Shown piece after piece: positions 21,296-30,770 of a stretch of 64,000 nt of DNA. The stretch is taken from NCBI GenBank assembly GCA_023265595.1, contig JAHFSU010000004.1, positions 1,667-65,666 of the forward strand, in the 5' to 3' direction. Positions within the stretch are counted from its first letter, which is position 1. Each line of letters begins with the position of its first letter. This DNA comes from Deltaproteobacteria bacterium (GTDB taxonomy: Bacteria; UBA10199; SPLOWO2-01-44-7). Both the position numbers and the translations under genes were made by a program. The notes beneath the pieces are model-generated. The model ran no database searches, was not told the DNA's origin, and saw only the letters and a list, made by a program, of their open reading frames with translations.

Positions 21296-21973
21296 ATGAG
21301 AATTCTGGTGGCGGAAGATGAGAAAAAGGTCCAGATATTCATCCGGCAAGCCTTGGAACAGGCGGGCATGACGGTCGATTCCGTCAAAACTTATTCGGAG
21401 CTCTTAGCCCTTTTGCAATCAACCTCCTATGACGCCCTCGTTCTCGACCGGTTGCTGCATGGCCGCGACATGGTCGATTCGCTCGGTGAAATCCGTGCGT
21501 ATGCAAAAAATGCCAAGCTGCTGATTTTAAGTGCCCTCTCCGACGTCGATGAAAAAGTCAAAGGTTTAAGCGAAGGGGCCGATGATTATCTCGGAAAACC
21601 GTTTCACGTGTCCGAGCTGCTTGCAAGACTCAGGGCCATCACAAGGCGCACCATTGAAAAAGGGACCGGAAAAGATACGCACCTTCGCTTCGACGACCTC
21701 TCCATCGATTTGGGGACTCAGAAGGTCTGGCGGGGCAACAATAAAATTATCCTGACCAACAAGGAATTTCGTGTCTTGTGTCTTCTGGCCCGCCACCCCG
21801 GTCAGATTTTTTCGAAGACGGCTATTTTAGATCAGGTTTGGGATCTCAATCACTATCCGGAGAGCAACATCATCGAGGTCACCATTGCGAATCTCCGTGC
21901 CAAAGTGGACAAAGGCCATAAACTGCTGATTCAGAGCCGGCGCGGTATCGGCTATTGGCTGGGCGAGTCATGA
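21296..21973 (+). CDS. OmpR-family response regulator
   Basis: MRILVAEDE, VLD, GADDYLGKPF, winged-helix RGIGY. Confidence 0.95.
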   Translation: MRILVAEDEKKVQIFIRQALEQAGMTVDSVKTYSELLALLQSTSYDALVLDRLLHGRDMVDSLGEIRAYAKNAKLLILSALSDVDEKVKGLSEGADDYLGKPFHVSELLARLRAITRRTIEKGTGKDTHLRFDDLSIDLGTQKVWRGNNKIILTNKEFRVLCLLARHPGQIFSKTAILDQVWDLNHYPESNIIEVTIANLRAKVDKGHKLLIQSRRGIGYWLGES

Positions 21974-23364
21974 AATCATCACTCCAGTCGAAAATCGCCA
22001 TTGCAATGTGGATTTTAGCGGCCGCGAGTATCTTAGCGGCGGCCACACTGAGCGGAACCCTGATGGTCCGCATCCACCGCGAATCGATCCGCCAGCAGTT
22101 GCAAGCCACTGCCACTAGTCTGATGAGCTTGGAAATTTCCAATTTTTCCGAACTAAATGATTTCGACCAATTTAACGATTTTATCGAAGACACGCTGCAG
22201 ATGGAACGGGTCGACAAAATCATCCGCATTTTTGACCAGAACGGAAAACTGATTTTTACCACCGTCGGTTTCGATTATGACCGGCTCCCGCCGCAAATTG
22301 AAAAGAAAGAGAAAGCCGAATTCACGACACTACTCGGAGAACACCACCAATATGAAAGCTTGATCATCCCTTATTTCGGAAAAAAGAAAAAACCGCTTTT
22401 TTTGCAGATCGCTATCCCGCTGCCCCACTATGCCGGACTCCTTAAAACGTTTTGGTCGGAAAGCCTCATCCTGATTTTGCTTCTGATCGCCTTTTCACTG
22501 CTGTTATCCCGGGCATTAGCGGTAAAATTACTAAAGCCGGTGCAGGCTATTGCAAACCATCTAAAAAAGATGGACCCCCGCCATATCGAGACATGGCAAC
22601 TTCTGGAAGGGACCGGTCAGGGGGAATACCTTTTCGAGATCACACAGGGAATCAACCTGCTGCTTGTAAAAACGCAGACGGCCGTAGCCCATCTCAAAAA
22701 AATGAGCCGCTACGTGGCGCACGAATTGCGGACACCGCTGACCATCCTGCAGGGAGAGGCGGAGACGGTTTTGGTAAAAGAAACGGGAGAAGAAAAAGAA
22801 TACCGACGCATCCTTAAAAGTTCTCTTGAGGAGATTCACAAGATGTCAGACATCATCAATGCTATTTTGCAAGTTGGTGACGACAGAAAAATGGCCATGT
22901 ATAGCGCCGTCCCTTTTGACATCGGTCAGTGGCTGGAGACAAACCAAAGGAACTGGGAAAAAATATTCGGCAGATCTCTCTCGCTGGAGATAGAACAAGG
23001 TCCAAAAGTTTCTTTGGGGGTCGATCCGAAACTCTTCTATCAACTGCTTGACAATCTTGTCCGCAACATCAGCCAACACACCCCGCCGCAAACAAAGGGC
23101 CTCCTTCGGGTTCAGCGGCGGAAGGACAAAACAATCCTCTCCGTGGAAGACGACGGGCCGGGACTCCCCCCGACAGTTCTCGCCTCATTGAATACGCACA
23201 AAAGCGCCTCGGAAAAGGCCGGAGTCGGTCTCCACTTTTGTTTTCGCATCGCTGAAATGGGCGGGATGGAGCTCGCATTTTCCCAAAGCGCGCTCAGAGG
23301 TCTCAAGGCCGAATTGACGCTGACAGAAGAAGATCGGGACGGTCATTCACCCACGCTAAAATAA
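21970..23364 (+). CDS. sensor histidine kinase
   Basis: Two transmembrane helices, AHELRTPL, LDNLVRN, EDDGPG, GVGL; ATGA overlap with the regulator. Confidence 0.93.
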   Translation: MKSSLQSKIAIAMWILAAASILAAATLSGTLMVRIHRESIRQQLQATATSLMSLEISNFSELNDFDQFNDFIEDTLQMERVDKIIRIFDQNGKLIFTTVGFDYDRLPPQIEKKEKAEFTTLLGEHHQYESLIIPYFGKKKKPLFLQIAIPLPHYAGLLKTFWSESLILILLLIAFSLLLSRALAVKLLKPVQAIANHLKKMDPRHIETWQLLEGTGQGEYLFEITQGINLLLVKTQTAVAHLKKMSRYVAHELRTPLTILQGEAETVLVKETGEEKEYRRILKSSLEEIHKMSDIINAILQVGDDRKMAMYSAVPFDIGQWLETNQRNWEKIFGRSLSLEIEQGPKVSLGVDPKLFYQLLDNLVRNISQHTPPQTKGLLRVQRRKDKTILSVEDDGPGLPPTVLASLNTHKSASEKAGVGLHFCFRIAEMGGMELAFSQSALRGLKAELTLTEEDRDGHSPTLK

Positions 23365-26300
23365 ATCGCCTGCGGATGATGGAAGACGATGGCCGAGACC
23401 GAGGCCTCCGGGTCCATCATAAAACCTTCAGTCAACTCAATCCCGATCTCTTCCGGTTTGAGGATTTGAAACAGCCGTTTTTGATCTTCGAGATTGGGAC
23501 AGGCGGGATAACCAAACGAATACCGCTTTCCCCGATATTTTGCCTGAAACCGTTCCATCATCGTCATCTCCGGCGAGTCGGGGAAACCCCATATTTTGCG
23601 AATCTGCGCATGGAGCCATTCGGCGTAGGCCTCAGCCGATTCCAACGCCAAAACCTGCAACACAATCGATTCGAGATAATGGCCCTTCTTTTTTAGTTCG
23701 TCTGCAACGTCACGAATCCCCTCCCCCACCGTTGTGCAAAACATGGCGATGTTGTCGGGCGCGGCGCCGGTTGGATTCACAAAATCAGAGAGGCAGAGAC
23801 TTTTGCGGGGGAAGGTGAAGACACACTGCAACCCTTCGACAAGCTCAGGGTGAGCGGAATTTGGATTGTCCGAACATGGTGAGCCTGTCGAACCATATAC
23901 GGTCAATAAATTCCCCTCGCTTACAACTCGAAAAAATTGATAGACGGCTTTCGGTTTCAGGTTTGTTTTGTATCTCTTTTTAACTTGAGAGACCGCCTCA
24001 AAAATTTCTTCCGATTTGGAATCGATTTTTTGACCGCTTTGCCACTTGCGAATGACATCTCCCTTGACACCTAAGTGCCGCCCGTAGAGCATCAGCGGAT
24101 TGACATATTGCCAAACCTGCTCGATGGGTGTGTTTTTTAAGATGTGCCTCTCCCAGTCGGAGGGTGGGGGAGGATTTTGAACAATTTCAATGTGGGGTGC
24201 CCGTTTAGCTTCTGATGCGGCATCCGGCGCCTCTAATTTTTTCTCTACAATTTTTACATCACCCCCCGCTTGGAGGCGCCTTGTATCCAGACACTTTTTG
24301 AATTCGGCGAATTTTTCACCGTCGACAATCGTCTTGGCGAGACTCAAACCGCTCATCGCATCGGCGGCATAAATTACGGTACCGTCGTAGGCCACCGCGA
24401 TTTTTTTATCGACAAAGTTGGAAGAAAGGGCCGCGCCGCCGCAAAGCATCGGCGGCGTTGTTTTCGCCTTTGAAAAATCTTCTGCCGTCACAACCATCTG
24501 CTGTGCCGATTTCACAAGGAGTCCGGAAAGGCCGACGATATCGGGGTGGTGTTCCTTAATGGCTGCGATCAACTGCTCCGGAGGAATTTTGATCCCTAAA
24601 TTGATCACTTCAAAACCGTTGTTCGATAAAATAATATCGACCAGATTTTTGCCGATGTCGTGGACATCCCCTTTCACCGTTGCGAGCAACACCTTTCCGC
24701 GAGAGGCTGAATCATTTTTCTCCATGAAGGGTTCCAAAAAACCGACCGCGGCCTTCATCGACTCGGCCGATTGCAGCACTTCGGCGACGATAAGCTGTTT
24801 GTCATTGAAAAGGCGGCCGACCTCGTCCATCCCTTTCATCAACGGCCCATTAATGATTTCAAGCGGTGTCTGTTTTTTAAGCGCTTCTTGGAGATCGTCG
24901 TACAGCCCATCTTTGGAACCTTCAATAATATAGCTGGCCAGTCTCTCTTCGAGCGGTATTTTCGATTTATCGACAACCTGCCGCGATTTTTGTCCGCGAA
25001 AATGGGCCGCAAACGCGGCAACCGGATCGGCGCCGCGGTTCCACAAAAGATCGTCGGCGAGTTGGACCTCTTCGGGAGGAATGCTCGAGAAACGTTCCAG
25101 TTTTTCGGAATTGACGATGGCCAAGTCGAGTCCCGCCTCGACACAGTGATGCAAAAAAATAGAATTTAAAACTTCGCGGCCTGTTGACGGCAAACCGAAA
25201 CTGACATTAGAGACACCCAACACCGTTTTGGTCCGCGGGTATTTTTGTTTAATGAGACGAATCCCCTCGATCGTTTCGACCGCAGATCCGACGTATTGCG
25301 CATCACCGGTGGCGCACGGAAAGACAAGGGCATCCCAATAAATGTCTTCTTCAGGAATGCCATATTTTTTCACGAGGAGTTCGTGAGAGCGCTCTGCCAC
25401 TTGCAGCTTGCGTTGGCGAGTCACCGCCATCCCCTGTTTCGGATCGTCATCAATGCAGCCGACCACAAGCGCCGCGCCGAATTTTTTGGCGAGAGGAACC
25501 ACTTTTTCAAAACGCTCTTCTCCATCCTCAAGATTAACCGAGTTGATAATCGCCTTTCCCTGACAATAGGCCAGCGCTTTTTCAATCACTTGGGCGTCGG
25601 TCGAATCGATCATGAGCGGCACTTTGATTTTGTGAATGACTTTGTTGAGGAAACATTCCATGTCTTCGAGCTCGTTGCGATCCGGATTGGCAAGGCAGAC
25701 ATCCATAATTTGGGCACCTTTTTTTACCTGAGCCCGTGCGATTTCGGAGGCTTCATCAAAACGATTTTCACAAATAAGCTCTTTGAATTTTTTGCTGCCG
25801 ATAACATTGGTTCTTTCGCCGACGATCACGGGGCGCATCTCTTCGGTGATTTCCAAATAGTCGATGCCCGACAAGACGGCACGTTTCTCTCTTGAGAGGA
25901 TGCGCGGTTTGTAGCGGGCGGCGAGTTCGCTTAAGAGACGAATGTGTTCCGGCGTTGTGCCGCAACAACCGCCGAGCAGATTGATCCAACCGTTTTGTAA
26001 AAATCGCTCAACCACCTGTCCTATCATTTGTGGTGTTTCAAGATAGCGCCCCTCTTCATCGGGAAGGCCGGCGTTGGGAACACAGGCCACCGGAAAGGGA
26101 GAAAGTCTGGCCAATGAGCGGATGTGGTCGGTCATGAACTCCGGGCCGGTGGCACAGTTGAGGCCGATATAAAGGAGGTCGCGGTGGAGAAGAGAGGTGA
26201 GGAGGGCTTCGACCGGCTGGCCGGCGAGCATCGTCCCCATCGGTTCGATAGTGCCGGAAATGGCGATAGGGATCCGATCGGCAAGACGGACTGACTTTTC

Positions 26301-26852
26301 CTCAAAAAGTTTGTCGATTCCCAAAAGGGCCGCCTTGATGTTGCGGGTGTCCTGGCATGTTTCGATCAGAAAATAATCGACGCCGCCGTCATACAAGCCG
26401 CGGGCCTGTTCGTAAAAATTTTGGATCAGTTCTTCAAAAGTGACGCCGCCTGTAACCGAAATTGCTTTTGTGGTGGGTCCGATGGAACCGGCAACAAAAC
26501 GGGGCCTGTCGACGGTTGCATATTTCTCACAGGCTTTGCGTGCCAACTGCGCCGCCGCCACATTGATCTCATAAGCCTTGGCCCCCAATCCATACTCCTC
26601 CAAAACCAAAGGGGTGGCCCCAAATGTGTTCGTCTCAACGATATCACAACCGGCTTCAAGATAGCTTTCGTGAATTTCTTGAATGACATCGGGGCGTGTT
26701 AAAATGAGGTGCTCGTTACATCCTTCCAGATTCTCCCCGCCGAAATCTTTGGGGGTCAAATGGCACCCCTGAATGGCGGTCCCCATCGCCCCGTCCAAAA
26801 CAAGGATTTTATTTTTGAGCTGTTCCTTTAACGGAACCGCAGATTCCGACAT
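23343..26852 (-). CDS. metH: B12-dependent methionine synthase
   Basis: LDGAMGT, GLNCATG, GGCCGTT, GERTN, KGDVHDIGKN, RYSFGYPACP. Confidence 0.98.
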   Translation of the reverse strand: MSESAVPLKEQLKNKILVLDGAMGTAIQGCHLTPKDFGGENLEGCNEHLILTRPDVIQEIHESYLEAGCDIVETNTFGATPLVLEEYGLGAKAYEINVAAAQLARKACEKYATVDRPRFVAGSIGPTTKAISVTGGVTFEELIQNFYEQARGLYDGGVDYFLIETCQDTRNIKAALLGIDKLFEEKSVRLADRIPIAISGTIEPMGTMLAGQPVEALLTSLLHRDLLYIGLNCATGPEFMTDHIRSLARLSPFPVACVPNAGLPDEEGRYLETPQMIGQVVERFLQNGWINLLGGCCGTTPEHIRLLSELAARYKPRILSREKRAVLSGIDYLEITEEMRPVIVGERTNVIGSKKFKELICENRFDEASEIARAQVKKGAQIMDVCLANPDRNELEDMECFLNKVIHKIKVPLMIDSTDAQVIEKALAYCQGKAIINSVNLEDGEERFEKVVPLAKKFGAALVVGCIDDDPKQGMAVTRQRKLQVAERSHELLVKKYGIPEEDIYWDALVFPCATGDAQYVGSAVETIEGIRLIKQKYPRTKTVLGVSNVSFGLPSTGREVLNSIFLHHCVEAGLDLAIVNSEKLERFSSIPPEEVQLADDLLWNRGADPVAAFAAHFRGQKSRQVVDKSKIPLEERLASYIIEGSKDGLYDDLQEALKKQTPLEIINGPLMKGMDEVGRLFNDKQLIVAEVLQSAESMKAAVGFLEPFMEKNDSASRGKVLLATVKGDVHDIGKNLVDIILSNNGFEVINLGIKIPPEQLIAAIKEHHPDIVGLSGLLVKSAQQMVVTAEDFSKAKTTPPMLCGGAALSSNFVDKKIAVAYDGTVIYAADAMSGLSLAKTIVDGEKFAEFKKCLDTRRLQAGGDVKIVEKKLEAPDAASEAKRAPHIEIVQNPPPPSDWERHILKNTPIEQVWQYVNPLMLYGRHLGVKGDVIRKWQSGQKIDSKSEEIFEAVSQVKKRYKTNLKPKAVYQFFRVVSEGNLLTVYGSTGSPCSDNPNSAHPELVEGLQCVFTFPRKSLCLSDFVNPTGAAPDNIAMFCTTVGEGIRDVADELKKKGHYLESIVLQVLALESAEAYAEWLHAQIRKIWGFPDSPEMTMMERFQAKYRGKRYSFGYPACPNLEDQKRLFQILKPEEIGIELTEGFMMDPEASVSAIVFHHPQAIYFSVGE
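23832..23895. repeat. CCCTTCGACAAGCTCAGGGTGAGCGG-type palindromic doublet in frame in metH
   Basis: Two inverted units encoding GSTGSPCSDNPNSAHPELVEG. Confidence 0.75.
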
Positions 26853-26903
26853 GTGCGGTTGATTGCAACGGTTTTTGGCAAAAGTCCAGACTTTCCTTTA
26901 GAA

Positions 26904-26932
26904 GAGCATATGGTAGCAGCTACCATATGCTC
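26904..26932. promoter_or_regulatory. perfect 29-bp palindrome between divergent metH and the pterin dehydratase gene
   Basis: GAGCATATGGTAGC-A-GCTACCATATGCTC. Confidence 0.45.
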
Positions 26933-27027
26933 CTGTTGTGAAGGACACATACCACCGATGGAGTGATATTGATGGGGAATTTTTGATTGCCTTGACAATC
27001 GCAATCGGCCGAAAGTATGAACCGAAT

Positions 27028-27360
27028 ATGAGCAGCCTCTCCCAAAAAGAATGTCTCCCTTGCAAAGGGGGTATTCCTTCCCTGAAGGGGGAAAAATTGC
27101 AAAAGCTTCAGAAAGAATTGGGTAATGATTGGAATGTCGTCCGAGAGCATCATCTGGAAAAAGAGTTCAAATTCAAAAACTTTCGCGAAGCCTTAGGCTT
27201 TACCAATCGTGTCGGTGAGTTAGCGGAACAAGTAGGCCATCATCCCGATCTTTACCTCGCATGGGGAAAAGTTAAAATAACGATCTGGACCCACAAAATT
27301 GATGGCCTTACTGAAACCGATTTTATCTTTGCCGCAAAGGTCGATGTCCTGAATCAATAA
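27028..27360 (+). CDS. phhB: pterin-4-alpha-carbinolamine dehydratase
   Basis: CLPCKGG, AEQVGHHPDL, WTHKIDGLTETDFIFAAK. Confidence 0.92.
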   Translation: MSSLSQKECLPCKGGIPSLKGEKLQKLQKELGNDWNVVREHHLEKEFKFKNFREALGFTNRVGELAEQVGHHPDLYLAWGKVKITIWTHKIDGLTETDFIFAAKVDVLNQ

Positions 27361-27791
27361 ATTTTATCAACCTTAATCGAAACAGGGGGATGGCCGACCG
27401 GAATCGGTTTTTTCGTTTTCCCTTCTAAATCCCCTTTTTGGGCCGGTCCAGCCAGTCCGTCTTGATCAATTCGAACCACAACAAAAAATTCGCCTTGAAA
27501 CGGAACATCGGACATCATGACATCGGCCTTCATTAGCTCAAATGATAGGGGAAATGTTCCGATCGGTAACCGCTTGACCGCCACCGGCGGACCCTGCTCT
27601 TGAGGTTTTGCCATGATGAATACGACCCCATGCGGTGGGATTTTCTTGGCGAACTTTGAATCGATCGTAACGGTTCCGGAAATCATCCCTCCATCCGCCC
27701 CGTTCGCCACCGGCTTGAATCCACTGTTACAACCAAAAACAAACAAGACCCCAAAAACCGCAACAACAGAAATAACCCAATTTGATTTCAT
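27354..27791 (-). CDS. lipoprotein with a CcmI C-terminal-like domain
   Basis: Lipobox VFGC; ISGTVTI...VFIMA...GPPVAVKRL...FPLSFEL...GDLEG. Confidence 0.7.
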   Translation of the reverse strand: MKSNWVISVVAVFGVLFVFGCNSGFKPVANGADGGMISGTVTIDSKFAKKIPPHGVVFIMAKPQEQGPPVAVKRLPIGTFPLSFELMKADVMMSDVPFQGEFFVVVRIDQDGLAGPAQKGDLEGKTKKPIPVGHPPVSIKVDKIY

Positions 27792-28669
27792 GATTTCCCC
27801 CTTGTTGAAGATGTTAATCCCAGCAGTTGAAATAACAATGGCCCCCCAAACGTCAACCAAAAACCGGCAAAGGCAAAAACCCACGTCTCTTTAGGCCCAA
27901 AGATCAAAAGAACCGGCACTAAAACAAGATTTCCAACCACAAGACGGACTAAACGTAAAAGAAACGGCCCACCCTCATCAAACATAAGCCATCGGCTTTT
28001 TGCCATCCATCCGAAACAGACACTCAACGTCAGATAAAGTGTTGCCAATCCCCAACTTGGAGGGACACCAGACGGAGCAAAAAGGATTAGAAAAACAGTG
28101 AAAAACAGAATCGCCCCAAAAATCCAAAAAACCATTGCCACGGATCGAAATCGCATAAAATATCTATCTAAACTTCCCTGCCACCTCCAAAAAAACCAGA
28201 GGGCCAAAGCCCCCAATACCCATCCCCCAAAAACATCGGTAGGATAATGAACTCCCAAATAAATACGCGAAAGCCCAATCAACAGAATGACCGTCACAGA
28301 CAAAAAGGTCACCCACCGTTTTTTGCAAAAAACAACCAGATAACCCCAATAAAGCATCCCATTCAATGCATGGCCCGAAGGAAAGGCGAAACCTTTTTCG
28401 TGCAAAATCCCAATCACATTCGGAAATGTTTGATACGGCCGCGGGAGCGCCACCACCGATTTAATCCAAAGACTGCTCCAATAATGAACAAATTGGGTCA
28501 AAAGGATAAGGCGGCAACCGAAGGAGTAAGAGATACACCAAACAAAACAACTCCACAAAAAAACAACCCCCTCAAAACCGCCAAAATAAGTTATAAATTT
28601 AAAAATCAAATCGAACTGGGGATGAAAATGGGTCTGAATCCAGATGATAAAGGGTTCTTGAAAGGCCAT
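27788..28669 (-). CDS. PAP2-family membrane phosphatase
   Basis: KSVVALPRP, FPSGH, SRIYLGVHYPTDV. Confidence 0.93.
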   Translation of the reverse strand: MAFQEPFIIWIQTHFHPQFDLIFKFITYFGGFEGVVFLWSCFVWCISYSFGCRLILLTQFVHYWSSLWIKSVVALPRPYQTFPNVIGILHEKGFAFPSGHALNGMLYWGYLVVFCKKRWVTFLSVTVILLIGLSRIYLGVHYPTDVFGGWVLGALALWFFWRWQGSLDRYFMRFRSVAMVFWIFGAILFFTVFLILFAPSGVPPSWGLATLYLTLSVCFGWMAKSRWLMFDEGGPFLLRLVRLVVGNLVLVPVLLIFGPKETWVFAFAGFWLTFGGPLLFQLLGLTSSTRGKS

Positions 28670-28695
28670 TTCAAATGTGGTTTAATAGGTCTACT

Positions 28696-29163
28696 ATGAA
28701 AAAACAATCCCTTTTTTTCTTTCTTGTTTTAATCCCCGCCCTTTCTTTGGCTCAGGCAAAAAAAACGGTCATCTCTGTGGAACAAAATAGTGATCCTCGT
28801 CTCATCGGCACATGGGCCACCGATTGTCTCACTCCCAGATTGGAGGATCCATGGTCTGAGAGACACACGTTTGTTTTTTATAAAAACTTTATGGCCCGAC
28901 ATGAACGGATTGCCTTTGATGCGCCGGGTTGTGCTGGTTCTGTTATCAACCATTTTGTCGACAACTACAAATATGTCATCGAAGGAAAAGTGTCGACAGG
29001 AGAAGGGGGCGGGCTGATTATTCTCAAAGGGGATAAAGGGGCCATGCAAGACAATTATTTTGTTGCCGGAAATATATTGACGTTTGGTCACGGTTTCCGC
29101 AACACCCAAAGCTATGGCACCCCTCTCAACACCTATCTTATTTACAAAAAACTCAGCAAATGA
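28696..29163 (+). CDS. hypothetical secreted protein
   Basis: Signal peptide; LIGTWATDC beta-barrel-like start. Confidence 0.7.
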   Translation: MKKQSLFFFLVLIPALSLAQAKKTVISVEQNSDPRLIGTWATDCLTPRLEDPWSERHTFVFYKNFMARHERIAFDAPGCAGSVINHFVDNYKYVIEGKVSTGEGGGLIILKGDKGAMQDNYFVAGNILTFGHGFRNTQSYGTPLNTYLIYKKLSK

Positions 29164-29792
29164 AGTATCTATTTGCAACCGGCTTTTTATTTTTGAGTGC
29201 GGTCTCTCTGGCCGAATCTTTTGGCATGCTCCCCATCCCCGCTTTCAAACTGGCGATCCCCTACCCGCAAGGCTGGCAACATAATATTAATTTGGGAATG
29301 GGGGGATCTTTCGTAACACTCGATTTTACCCCCAACCAAGGAGATAAAAAAGCCCCCTCCGTTTATTTCATGGCGGCAAAAACAACGCAGATGACGCAGA
29401 TGGGAATGGGCGGGATGGGAGGGGCATTAAAAGGAATGAAAAATATACCGAGTGTTCCGGGCGTCGGTGGCCGATGGAGCGGAACACAAGCGGCTCCCGC
29501 CGGAGCCTCTTCCTCGGGGGAGCAAACCTCCCAAGCTGCATCGGGTGCGGCAATGCCGACGCCCGATATGCCCGCCTCCAACAAATCGATTGTTTGGTTA
29601 GGACAAAGGGTTGACAAAATGGACAGCACCGAAACACTTGAAGATGGATTGACGATCAAAACGCGCGGCGTTTCGGCGTTGATCGGAGATAAATCGGTCA
29701 TGTTTTCCTGCTCCGCCCCAGAGGAACTTTTCACTGTCGCATTTGGAAAGTTATGTGATCAGATTATCAAAGGGATGAAATGGATCCATTAA
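29160..29792 (+). CDS. hypothetical secreted protein
   Basis: Signal peptide, Met/Gly-rich insert, ATGA overlap with the previous gene. Confidence 0.7.
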   Translation: MKYLFATGFLFLSAVSLAESFGMLPIPAFKLAIPYPQGWQHNINLGMGGSFVTLDFTPNQGDKKAPSVYFMAAKTTQMTQMGMGGMGGALKGMKNIPSVPGVGGRWSGTQAAPAGASSSGEQTSQAASGAAMPTPDMPASNKSIVWLGQRVDKMDSTETLEDGLTIKTRGVSALIGDKSVMFSCSAPEELFTVAFGKLCDQIIKGMKWIH

Positions 29793-29885
29793 ATCAGTTG
29801 CCTAAAAACTCTTTCACCCTTATAATAGCTAAGCGATCAATGCCAAATAAATATTTTATTTTCAATGAGTTAGAAAGGATTTTCT

Positions 29886-30767
29886 ATGCCGGACTCTATC
29901 CAAATTCAAGAGTCCAAGACGGACATCATTTCAGTTCTTCCAAAGGAAATTATCCGACTGGAACCACGTCCGGAGGTGCAAAGCTATACCTTTAATGCCT
30001 ATCATCTTGCAGAGGCCTTAAAATTAAAAGAAATCGCCAAAATTTTTGAACTCAAACCGCATTTATTCAACCCGACGCAGCTCGTCTATGAACTGGCTGA
30101 AAATGGTTATTGTCTCTTTTATAATTTTGGTTCGGTTGTTTTTTTCAATGTTGACGAAACCGTTCAAAAAACGACCCTCGAAAGGATTAAAGAATTTCTC
30201 CCCAGCTCTGCAGAACCGGTTACCAGCGATGAATTTTTATTGGAGGTGGAACGCAAAACCAAGACGGAGGTCTTTTTTGAAAAAGTCGTTGTCGATAAAC
30301 TGACCCGCGAAAAAATCAAGCTCATCGCTTTAGTTTTGGCTCAATCGACAGCGTTGGAATATTTTGAAAACAAGGTAGAAGAAATTTTAAACCAATTGGG
30401 AGAGATTACCTCCCAACTTGGAAAAGCCAAAAAACTATCGGTTCCCGAGAAAAAAATCCGTCGGTTTATCGGACAAACCATGGCGACTAAGCAAAACCTG
30501 ATTGCCACCCTTTATCTCTTGGAAAAACCGGAAGAGACATGGGAGAGTAAAACACTGGATGATCTCCACCAAGAAGCAACATTGATGTTCGAACTACGCG
30601 ATCGCTTCCGTACCGTTGATTACAAACTCAAAATGATCCAAGACAATCTGGAGGTTCTCGCCAATTTTGCCACCAACCGACAGCATCTTCTGTTGGAATG
30701 GGCTATTGTCGGACTGATTGTGTTCGAAGTCATTTTGATTCTCTCCCAAATGTTTTTACAAAAATAG
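29886..30767 (+). CDS. RMD1/DUF155 family protein
   Basis: FGSVVFFNV, LAQSTALEYFE, FELRDRF, LEWAIVGLIVFE. Confidence 0.88.
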   Translation: MPDSIQIQESKTDIISVLPKEIIRLEPRPEVQSYTFNAYHLAEALKLKEIAKIFELKPHLFNPTQLVYELAENGYCLFYNFGSVVFFNVDETVQKTTLERIKEFLPSSAEPVTSDEFLLEVERKTKTEVFFEKVVVDKLTREKIKLIALVLAQSTALEYFENKVEEILNQLGEITSQLGKAKKLSVPEKKIRRFIGQTMATKQNLIATLYLLEKPEETWESKTLDDLHQEATLMFELRDRFRTVDYKLKMIQDNLEVLANFATNRQHLLLEWAIVGLIVFEVILILSQMFLQK

Positions 30768-30770
30768 TTT

